DNA of 64,000 nt from Azolla caroliniana (taxonomy: Eukaryota > Plantae > Polypodiophyta): positions 1,736,001-1,800,000 of the forward strand of contig JBHGNT010000014.1 of the NCBI GenBank assembly GCA_043228905.1, written 5' to 3'. Position numbers and translations under genes: made by a program. A model generated the notes under the pieces. It had not been told where the DNA came from. It saw nothing but the letters and a program-made list of their open reading frames with translations, and did no database searches. Below are positions 12,783-23,873 of the stretch, piece by piece (the stretch's first letter is position 1; each line of letters starts with the position of its first letter).

Positions 12783-14583
12783 TGTCGTGAAGATGTTTGG
12801 CTATGGTGAGAAATCATGTGAACAAGGTCGAAAGTGTGAATATGCAACGTGCATGCACACAAAGGCAATTATTTGTGCACATGCAAAAATAAAATGGAAA
12901 ATGAAGGGTGCAAAGGAGGCATAGAAAATCGTGGGGGTGAAAACTAAGAGAGAGGAGAGAGAAGGAGACAAACTGTGTAATTTTAGATATAGAATTAAAT
13001 TTTTATATATAAGAGAGCGTTAATGGCTTAGTGGTTAGAGCCATTGACCTCTATTTAGAGTTACAAAGTTTGAATCCAATCTGACAGTACAATGTAATTT
13101 AAGTAGACTTACTCCTTTTAGCATTAAATACAAATGTGGCGCCCCTCCTTTTTTTCCTATAAAAGGAGATCGAGGGGGCTCATTTTAAAAAGACTTTTTG
13201 GGGGGAGGAGGAGTCAATCGTCATTTTTATTTCAAGGGCTCTTCATCTTCATCTTCACCATTTTTGGGGGAAACAATTGCTCTTCCTAAGCTCATACCCC
13301 TTCATCCCCTCTTCATCACGTGCTCGTCTTCTTCGTGTTGGTGGTCGTATGCTCGTCATTGCTCGTGTGCTTGCGAGTTCGTGGTGCTCGTGCTACTCGT
13401 CTTCTTGGTGTTCGAGTGCTCGTGCTCGATAGTCGACGCTCGGTGCTAGTCTTTCGGTATTTGTCATCTTCGTCTTCGCTTGCACGTGCGCTCACGTGTT
13501 CGGTTTTCGCTACTCGACTACATCTTCCTCCCCCATCCCATAAGATCCTTCCATCTTTTTTCAATTTTTTTCTCCAAACACGTGTTCGAGCTTGTGTTTT
13601 GCTCGTTGAGTCCCGTCCATTCTAATCTCTTGATTGGCACTTAAGCCGTATAATGAAAATGTGTGTTGCTTCCTCCATCCAATAATTTGTGTTTTTGTTC
13701 TCGTCCCCTTCCGTGTACGTTCGACCGTATTGTGACGAGGGAGTGTTTCAGGCATGCCCATGCACCTCTCCTCATCATAAAGGCCTACGTGCATTCGTGT
13801 GTGTGTGTTTTGTGTCTTCCTTGTACGTTCAGTCATCTTGTGACGAGGGAGTGTTTCGGGCGTGCCCATGCACCTCCCTCATAAAGGCGTACGAGCATTC
13901 GTGTGTGTGTTTTGTGTCTTCCTTGTATGTCCGACCGTCTTGTGATGAGGGAGCGTTTCGGGCGTGCCCATGCACCTCTCCTCCTCCTAATGGCGTACGT
14001 GCATTCATGTGTGTGTGTGTTTTGTGTCTTCCTTGTACGTTCGACCGTCTTGTGACGAGGGAGCGTTTTGGGCATGCCCATGCACTTCTCCTCATAAAGG
14101 TGTACGAGCATTCATGTGTGTGTTTTGTGTCTTTTTGTATGTCCGACCGTCTTGTGACGAGGGAGAGTTTCGGGCGTGCTCATGCACCTCTCGTCCTCAT
14201 AAAGGTGTGTGGGCATTCGTGAATGTGTGTTATTCCTTTCCTTGTGTGTTCACGCGTCTTGTGACGAGGGAGCAATTTGGTTCCAAGCGCTTGATAGGTG
14301 TTCCAAAGCATCTCTCCTCCTCAAGGTGTTTGGACTTTTGTGTTGTGTTCACGTCCCCTTTCCTTGTACATTCGCCTTGTGTGCTTGTCTTTCCTTGTGC
14401 ACCCTCACCCTCACTAAGTATCAAAGAAAGCCACTAGCTCCACAAAGGGGGGTAACGAGCCCTTGCTTGGCAAGTAGTCTTCGTCGACAAGCAAACCTCG
14501 GGTCTTCTTCACCCCTTCTTACTCCCTAGTTCGAGACCCCCGTGGTTCCGCCCAAGTAACACACACGCTGAAACTTCGTGACA
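12783..14583 (+). mobile_element. Long solo gypsy LTR containing a ~105-bp tandem array
   Basis: Starts TGTCGTGAAGATGTTTGGCTATGGTG and ends CTTCGTGACA. The 5' end matches the LTR at 16983-17594(-), and the 3' end matches that LTR and 49189-50715. No clear TSD. Confidence 0.7.
13706..14300. repeat. Tandem repeat, ~102-110-bp unit, about 5.5 copies
   Basis: Unit CGTCTTGTGACGAGGGAGCGTTTCGGGCGTGCCCATGCACCTCTCCTCATAAAGGCGTACGAGCATTC(GT)nTTTTGTGTCTTCCTTGTACGTTCGAC. Confidence 0.95.
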
Positions 14584-16028
14584 TGTACGCAAGCATGGAC
14601 AACATGTTTACTATATTCATTTTTCGTTTTTTAGCTTGATAATTTTCACATCTTAAATGTATCTATGTTACAGTTTTAACTATTGAAGAGCATAAACTAG
14701 AAGCTCTAAAGAAAACAAATGCTATGTGAAAACCATTTACTCAAGAAAAGAAGCATGTGTGTGTGTGCACAAGGTCTTGATTATTCTCCTATAGTTGTTT
14801 CTTGTTTTTTCAATTTTAAACTATTAAAGAGCATCTACTAGAATTCTTAAAGAAAAAATGAATGCAATACGAGAACCGTATAGTTAGGGAAAGAAACACG
14901 TGTACGTGTGCAAATGGTGGTTCCATTATTCTCAATTTTTTGATGATGGATGATGGGGCATGTTGAATGTAGCTTTCTTCATGATAACATTGCTTATGCT
15001 CATGAAGCAGTCTTCAAAATCACCAATGTTGCTCCCTACTAAGACACCGCAAAAAAACAATATTATCGATGCATATGTAGAAATCTAGATGACATCCTTG
15101 CTTCATGTAGATGCTAGCCTTGAAGTTCATGTATATCGTAGCCCCAAGCCCCCATGTATATTCTACTCCTAAAGACTATTTATAGGCTACCCTTGAAATC
15201 CTTGTGAGGGGTGATACCTCAAAAGTCCATTCAAATACCATCCCCTAAAGTCCATTCAAATGCTATTTTTTTGTCCATTTAAATGTATCCCCAATATCCA
15301 TAATGATGCCACCCCTAAACCCTTATTAAATATATTGTGCATAAATTCATCGTTAAAGATGCTACCCATGGGAGAACTTGTTGGTAGTAGTCCGTGGCCA
15401 GTATGACCATAAGCATGGTTCCCCAGAGATTGTGAACAAGAGAAGGAAGAAGCTTCTTCACTTATGGAAAAAATTGCCCCTATTTACAGAGTCAACTCAA
15501 GGGCCTCAATGGCACTATCGACTTCCATGGACCCTTTCTTGAATATCAATAATTCATGGCAGTGTACATCAACAAATTCCAAAACCTTCTACAAAGTCCT
15601 ATCTTTGGTCTTAGGATTATTGTACACCACCGTACATAAAAAGTTGTAAGCTTCTGGGCAGACAAGTTCAAGTTGTAGCCTTCGGGAGTTTTTTCTTAAT
15701 ACTATTAACGAAAAAATTTGAAGAGAAAAAAAATGCTAACCTTGCAAGCCAAGTTTGGTTGGTTCTCTATTCTATGTGGGTATCCGTTTGTAGAGACGAA
15801 GATCGACTCAAGGTTGTGGCCTTTTGAGACTTGTCTAAACATGGTGGTAGTGATTTTGTTTGGAGTTTGAGGGCTCTCGTGGACAAAATCGGACTTGTCT
15901 AAACTGGACAAAATCGATGCCACGATATGGGAGGTGATGCACATGAAGACAACGACGTACATACGGTGCTTCATCGACATGAGTCTATACAACAACTTCA
16001 ATGAAGAGAACCAGAAGGTCAACACGTT

Positions 16029-16797
16029 GTACCTGATTAATGCTCGGTTATGCCCGGAAGAAGTGAATGTGGCTTCCGACACTGCCGGTGAGCTATGGCA
16101 CAAGAGACTGTGTCACATGAGTGTGAAGGGGATGAAGAGGCTTGCCGATGACAACCTCATTCTGGTGAAGAACGTGCATCTTGAGAGGTGCACCGACAGC
16201 ATAGTTGGTAAGCAAAACCGGACCTCCTTCCAATCAAGGCCACCGATGAGACGTAATGCACCATTGGAGTTGGTGCATACCGATGTGTGTCAAGTGGACA
16301 CGAAGTCCCATGCCGGAGCGTAGTACTTCGTGACGTTCATAGATGACCACAGGAGGAGGCTGTGGGCCACACCGTTGAAGACGAAGGATCAGGTGTTATC
16401 CGTCTTCAAGGAGCTCCACGCAAGAGTGGAAAGAGAAACTAGACGGAAGCTGAAGGCGGTTCGAGTAGATAACGGAGGGGAATACCGGGAACAGTTCGAA
16501 AAGTACTGCCGCTCGAAGGGAATCCGGCTCGAATTTACCGTGCCGAAGACGCCGGAACTATATGGGCTAGCTGAGAGGATGAACCGAACCTTAATGGAGA
16601 GGGTCCAGAGTATGCTAGCACATGCTAAACTACCCAAGACGTTTTGGGCTGAGGCGCTATCGACAACGACGTATGTGATAAACAGATCACCCTCAGTGCC
16701 CTTGGATGGAGACACGCCGCAAAAGGTGTGGACTGGTAAGGAAGTGTCCTACCGGCATTTGAAGGTGTTCGGGTGTCTCGCGTACGTGCATGTTGCT
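16029..16797 (+). mobile_element. Ty1/copia fragment (GAG-pre-integrase and integrase core)
   Basis: LWHKRLCHMS, LELVHTDV, FIDD, DNGGEY, AERMNRTL and HLKVFGCLAYVHV; in-frame stop at 16321. Confidence 0.9.
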
Positions 16798-17594
16798 TTG
16801 GACTTCGGCACCGTTGAAATAGTTCACTCGCTCGATTACCCCCTTGACGGCTTGTTGGGCTTCATTTCGTCTTTTCCCTTCTCTCAGAAACTCCATCATC
16901 CTTTTTGACATTGCCTCCATGAGATATTCATCATCCATCTTCATCCTCCCCTGCTGCTCTTCACGTCGGGTTCACCAAATGATGTCGTGAAGATCCGCGC
17001 ATGCGTGTGCTACTTGAGTGACCACCGGGGTCTTGGACTAGGGTGGACGTTCACGGAATTATCGAAGAGATGACGATCAATGTAAGATTGGATGAAATTT
17101 GTTCACTTGAGAAGAAGAAAGATATGAAGAAGATAAAGATAATTATATTGATGATAGTGGTGTTGGTGATATCACATATTGAGCCCCCCTTACACAAGCC
17201 CAACTAGAGGCTTTTATAGGTCTTTCCATGCTTGTGACATGCACAAAACCATGGGCTAAAACCATGGTTTTGTGCACATGGTTTTGCTTATGATATGCAC
17301 AAACCATGGGTTTAGAACCATGGTTTTGTGCATATGGTTTTCTATGGTTGTTTTGTCTACAATTCGTATATGAAAAGGAAATACATAAAATCTACACTAT
17401 GATAGTTGTTCTAGTGGTAAGGCAAACATCTTGTATCTTAGAGGTGCAAGGTTCAAACCTTGCTTGCACCCCTCTGTATGAACTCAAGTGCCACTAGGCC
17501 TTAGGCTTATTTGCTAAGTGCATGTGCAATGTTGCACATCCTTGGTTTATTCGTCTCACTCGGTTTCACACCGTAGCCGAAAATCGTCACGACA
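16798..17594 (-). mobile_element. Ty3/gypsy 5' fragment: LTR (16983-17594), PBS and gag start
   Basis: The LTR has 8-bp TIRs TGTCGTGA...TCACGACA. It is followed on the minus strand by PBS TGGTGAACCCGACGTGA (tRNA-Trp-like) and the ORF MKMDDEYLMEAMSKR... Confidence 0.8.
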
Positions 17595-20200
17595 ACGCGA
17601 AAGTGGAAAGAGAAACTGGCCGGAAGCTGGAGGAGGTTTGAGCAGATAACGGAGGCAAATATCGGGGGCAGTTTGAGGAGTACTGCCGCTCGAATTTATC
17701 GTGCCGAAGACGCCGGAACTAAACGGGCTGGCCGAGAGGATGAACTGGACCATAATGGAGAGGGTCCGGAGTATGCTGGCATATGCAAAGCTACCCAAGA
17801 CGTCTTGGGCGGTATGTCATAAACAGATCACCCTCGGTGCCCTTGGATGGAGACACACCACAGAGAGTATGGACCGGTAAGGAAGTGTCTTACTGGCACC
17901 TGAAGGTGTTCGGGTGTCTCGCGTACGTGCATGTTGCTAAGGACCAGAGAGGAAAGTTGGATCCAAAGACCTAGCCATGCATATTCCTCGGATACGGCGG
18001 CTACCAAGTGTGGGACCTGGTCGACAAGAAAGTATTCCGGAGTTGAGATATTATCTTCATGGAGGACAAGACCCTTGTCAACTGGGAGTCAGAGAAGAAG
18101 ATAATGAACTCTGAATAGGCCGGAAAGGACCGGTTTGATGAGATGCAAACCCAACCGGCAAAGAGCCGGTTAACACTCGAAGAACCGGCCGGTTACGGAG
18201 AGGACACCGAACCGGCAAAAGAAGCAGAGGAAGCAGAAACCGGAACCGGCCAAGATCTCGAATCGGATTCGGATGAAGAACAAACAAAGGAGCTGGTTGC
18301 CGGAAACCAAGGACGCAGATATCCTCTCACAGAGAGAAGGGCCGCCCGGAGATTTCCGGATCCAGAGCATGTACTACTAACCGATGAGGGGGAGCCGGAA
18401 AGCTTCGAAGAAGCTAAGAGAGACACCCACAGTCAGAAGTGGTTGAGTGCCATGCAGGACGAGATGGATTCCCTGCATGAGAACCACATGTATGAATTGG
18501 TGGAGTTGCCAAAAGGAAAGAGGGCACTCCGAAACAAGTGGGTGTACAAGCTGAAACCGGGAGATGCCGGCAACCCCCCAAGATACAAAGCCAGAATCAT
18601 GGTGAAGGGGTTCCAGCAGAAGAAGGGCATTGACTTCGACGAGATATTTGCCCCAGTAGTAAAGATGACTTCCCTACGGACGGTGCTGAGCATAGCGGTA
18701 ACCATGGACCTCGAGGTAGAGCAGTTAGACGTGAAGACGACATTCCTCCACGGCGACCTCGAAGAGGAGATCTACATGCAGCAACCGGAGGGATTTGTGA
18801 AGAAAGGGAAGGAGCACCTGGTTTGCCAGTTCAAGAAGAGCCTCTACGGTTTGAAGCAGGCTCCCCGGAAATGGTACCGGAAGTTTGACTCCTTCATGAC
18901 CGATCAAGCGTACCACAAGATGCAGGCCGATCACTGCATATTTGTGAAGAAGTTCAAAGGTGGAGACTTCCTGATACTCCTCTTGTACGTGGACGACATG
19001 CTGATCGTCGGACGAGACCAAGTGAAGATACAGATGCTGAAGAAGGCCCTGAACCGAACCCTAAACCCTTAAAGACTTGGGTCCGGTAAGACAGATGTTG
19101 GGGATGCATATCATCTGGGACCGGTCGACGAAGCAATTGTGGCTATCACAAGAGAAGTACGTGATAAAGGTGCTTCAGCGGTTCAACATGTCAGATGCGA
19201 AACCGGTCGGATCGACACTCTCGGCAAACTACAGGTTATCCGGTAAGCAAAGCCTGAAGACGAAGGCAGAGAAGGCGGATATGATGAAGATACCATATGC
19301 CTCTGCCGTCGGGAGCTTAATGTATGCAATGATGTGTACCCGACCAGATATCGGATACGCAATCGGAGTGGTGAGCCGGTTTATGAGCAATCCCGGCAAG
19401 GAGCACTAGAATGTGGTAAAATGGATACTCCGGTACTTGAAAGGCACCTCAAGTATGTGTCTCCGATTCGGCTCCGGTAAATCCCAACTTGACGGTTTCA
19501 CCGATTTAGATATGTAGGCTGATGCGGATACTAGCTGGTCAACATCGGGATATGTTATGACATATGCAGGGGGAGCGGTTTTGTGGCAGTCGAGGCTGCA
19601 GAAGACAGTTGCATTGTCAACCATGGAGGCGGAGTACATGGCGGCTATGGAAGCTGGCAAGGAAATACTATGAATGAAGGACTTCATTGAAGAGCTAGGG
19701 ATCCGGCAAGAGGAATACCGACTCTATTGCGACAATCAAAGTGCCATCCACCTTGCGAAGAACATGGCGTATCATTCCAAGACGAAGCACATCCAGTGGA
19801 TGTACCACTGGATCCAGGAGTGAGTGGAAAATCGAGAGTTCATGCTGATGAAGATCCACATAGAGGAGAATGGGTCAGATACGTTGACCAAGGTGCTGAC
19901 GCCCAACAAGCTGGACGCATGTCAGAAGTGAATTGGACTAACCAGACATCCCATGCCGGAGTGAAGGGGGAGTTTCTTAGGATCTCGGTCCCTCCAGATG
20001 GGATGATGAAGGCCCGGTGAGAACCGGATGACAGAGGCCCGATGAGAACCTCTCACCGGATGAAGGGACATATATGTAAATAGTCCTAATGTCATATTAG
20101 TATAAATATGACCTAGGGCAAACAGAGTGTGTGTGGGTATCATTCTGTTGTCATTTTTCTGTTGTATAGAGTTATTGGTGTAACGGCTGTATAGAGCGTA

Positions 20201-20269
<69 letters not shown>

Positions 20270-20585
20270 CTCTGTTGTAACCGCCGCCAGGCGAAGAGTG
20301 TGAGCACAAGGTCGTTGCCTTTGTGCCCCCTGTTGTATTCTTTGACATAGTGATAGTTTGGAGTTTGTGGGCTCTCGTGGTTTTTTCCCATTTAGGTTTT
20401 TCCACGTTAACATACTGTGTACCCTCTCTCATATTGTCTGTGTGTACGTGTATTCACCTCCATTCCCATTCTCGGTGTCCGATTCTAAACGACACGATCT
20501 GGGACTCGATTGTGGCCGAGTAATATTCCGCATATTTCGTGTCATTTGGAAGCTTTGCATATGCATTTTTGCCACCAGAACAACA
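17595..20585 (+). mobile_element. 5'-truncated Ty1/copia (INT-RT-RH, PPT, 3' LTR ~19975-20585), degenerate
   Basis: RT motifs QLDVKTTFLHG, KSLYGLKQAPR and LYVDDML; RH motif ALSTMEAEY; PPT GAGTGAAGGGGGAG. The LTR contains a long (GA)n. Confidence 0.9.
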
Positions 20586-23500
20586 CCATAAACACTAAGA
20601 CAAACCAAAAATGTATATTTTCGTTGGCTATAGGAATGAAAGCAAAGGCAATAGACAGTTTCAGCCCAACACTAGTAAGATTACCATCAATTAGGAGAGG
20701 TTGCTTTGCCAAAAATGAATTTCAACCACTCATAGATTGCTCCAAAGAGTTCATTCTTGATCAATCAAATGCATATGTTATTCCTACGCGAGAGTGGAAA
20801 GAGAAACCGGTCGGAAACTGAAGGCGGTTCGAGCAGATAACGGAGGAGAATACCGGGGGCAGTTCGAGGAGTACTGCCGCTCGAAAGGAATCCGGCTCGA
20901 ATTTACCGTGCGGAAGACGCTGGAACTAAACGAGATGGCCGAGAGGATTAACCGGACTATAATGGAGAGGGTCTGGAGTATCCTAGCACATGCCAAGTTA
21001 CCCAAGACGTTTTGGGCTGAGGCATTGACAATAGCGACGTACGTGATAAATAGATCACCCTCAGTACCCTTGGATGGAGACACGCCACAGAGAGTGTGCA
21101 CCAGTAAGGAAGTGTCTTACCAGCATCTGAAGGTGTTCGGGTCTCTCGCTTACGTACATGTTGCAAGGGACCGGAGAGCAAAGTTGGATCCAAAGTCCCG
21201 GCCTTGCATATTCCTCGGACACGACAATGATGAGTTCGGCTACAGAGTGTGGGATCCGGTCGACAAGAAGGTTTTCCGGAGTCGAGATATTATCTTCATG
21301 GAGGACAAGACCCTTGTCGACTAGGAGTCAGAGAAGAAGATAATGAACTCTGAGTTGACTAGTAAGGATCGATTCGATGAGATTCAGACCTACCCGGCTA
21401 AGAGCTGGTTGACACTCGAAGAACCAGCCAGTTACGTTGAGGATACCGAACCGACAGAAGAAGAAGAAGAGGAAGATCGAACCGGAACTAGCCAATATCT
21501 CGAATCAGATTCGGATGAAGAACAAACAGAGGAGCCGGTTGCCGGAAACCAAAGACGCAGATATCCTCTCAGAGAGAGAAGGGCCGCCCGGAGATTTCCG
21601 GATCCAGAGCATGTACTACTAACCGATGAGGGGGAGCCGGAAAGCTTCGAAGAAGCTAAGAGAGACACCCATAACCGCAAGTGGTTCAGTGCCACGTAAG
21701 ACGAGATGGATTCCCTGCATGAGAACCACATGTATGTGAATTGGTGGAGTTGCCGAAAGGAAAGAGGGCACTCCGAAACAAGTGGGTGTACAAGCTGAAA
21801 CCGGGAGATGCCGGCAACCCCCCAAGATACAAAGCCAGAATCATGGTGAAGGGGTTCCAGCAGAAGAAGGGCATGGACTTCGACGAGATATTTGCCCCAG
21901 TAGTAAAGATGACTTCCCTACGGACGGTGCTGAGCATAGCGGTAACCATGGACCTCGAGGTAGAGCAGTTAGACGTGAAGACAACATTCCTCCACGGCGA
22001 CCTCGAAGAGGAGATCTACATGCAGCAACCGGAGGGATTTGTGAAGAAAGGGAAGGAGCACCTGGTTTGCCAGTTCAAGAAGAGCCTCTACGGTTTGAAG
22101 TAGGCTCCCCGGCAATGGTACCGGAAGTTTGACTCCTTCATTACCGATCAAGCGTACCACAAGATGCAGGCCGATCACTGCATATTTGTGAAGAAGTTCA
22201 AAGGTGGAGACTTCCTGATACTCCTCTTGTACGTGGACGACATGCTGATCGTCGGACGAGACCAAGTCAAGATACAGATGCTGAAGAAGGCTCTGAACCA
22301 GACATTCTCAATGAAAGATTTGGATCCGGCAAGACAGATACTAGGGATGCATATCATCCGGGACTGGTCAAAGAAGCAATTGTGGCTATCATAGGAGAAG
22401 TACATGACAAAGGTGCTTCAGTGGTTCACCATATTAGACGCGAAACCGGTCGGATTGACACTCTCGGCAAACTGTAGGTTATCCGGTAAGCAAAGCCCGA
22501 AGATGAAGGCAGAGAAGGTGGATATGATGAAGATACCATATGCCTCTGCCGTCGAGAGGTTAATGTACGGAATGGTGTGTACCCGACCAGATATCGGATA
22601 TGTAGTCAAAGTGGTGAGCCGGTTTATGAGCAATCCCGACAAGGAGCACTAGAATGTAGTATAATGGATACTCTAGTACTTGAAAGGAACCTCAAGTATG
22701 TATCTCCGATTCGGCTCCGGTAAACCCCAACTTGATGGTTTCACCGATTCGGATATGTCGGTTGATGTGGACACCAGCCGATCAACATCCGAATATGTCA
22801 TGACATATGCAGGGGGGGTCGTTTCGTGGTAGTCTAGGCTGCAGAAGACGGTTGCGTTGTCAACCACAGAGGCGGAGTACATGGCAGCTGTGGAAGCCGA
22901 CAAGGAAATATTATGGATGAAGGACTTCATGGGAGAGCTAGGGATCCGGCAAGAGGAATATCGTCTCTATTGCGATAGTTAAAGTGCCATCCACCTTGCG
23001 AAGAACGCGGCATATCATTCCAGGATGAAGCAAATCCACCGGAGGTACCACTAGATCCGAGAGCGAGTGGAAGAGCGAGAGTTCGTGTTGACTGTTGTCC
23101 AGAGGACAGAAATGTAAAATGAGGAAATTAGCAAATGCCGAGTCCGAGTATCACGGGCCACCGACGGCTCGGCTGTGTATTAGGGGAAACGTTATTTAAA
23201 CGAGGACCAGTACCTCAGAGCGAGGGGGAAAGAAAAATATAGGCGGAAGCACTAGCTTAGTCCATCGTAACTAGATAATCCTGTAAGGTCACCGGCCGTA
23301 GGCCGTGTTCTGTAATCCTTTTTCTGTCACAGTAATATATCTGATTTGTGCCCATTTTGCTCCATGTGTCTGTGCTTTGGTTCATACCTATGATTTCAGC
23401 ACCGCCCAAGCCTATCAAGATCTCGCTAGTGTTTATCTCTGATCATTTTCTCCCTCACGACGTCTTTGTTACGAGCCTTCACGTACCACACCCTTGAATA

Positions 23501-23873
23501 CCGATAGCCGCAGATCTATCGAAGGTGTTCACCCAAAGGAACAGGTAACACAATTTGGCACGCCCGGTTACAACTGTGAGTGCACAACGAACTTCGTTGA
23601 AGGTAACCACTAGCCGCCGTTACGGCGCCCTCTCGCACCACGAGGTCTCGGCCACCTGCCCGACGCCCTGAGCCAGTCGAAGGAACTTCCGACTCGGCGG
23701 TCACTCACCAATCCTTTCCCGAGCAATCGGAGGCTTCCCCAGTGCAATCCTCGCCACCAGACACTCGATCGCGAGTTGATTCACCACCAAAATCCCCGCC
23801 GAGCCCTCTGGAGGTCAATCAACCGGAACTAAACTCTTTTCCGGTGCTACTAGAAGACCCAGAGTAGGATATC

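Noticed and set aside
13706-14300. Regular repeats with palindromic cores resembling a CRISPR array (also 49608-50430)
   Set aside because: Whole units are homologous with no unique spacers, there are no cas genes, and the arrays sit inside LTRs.
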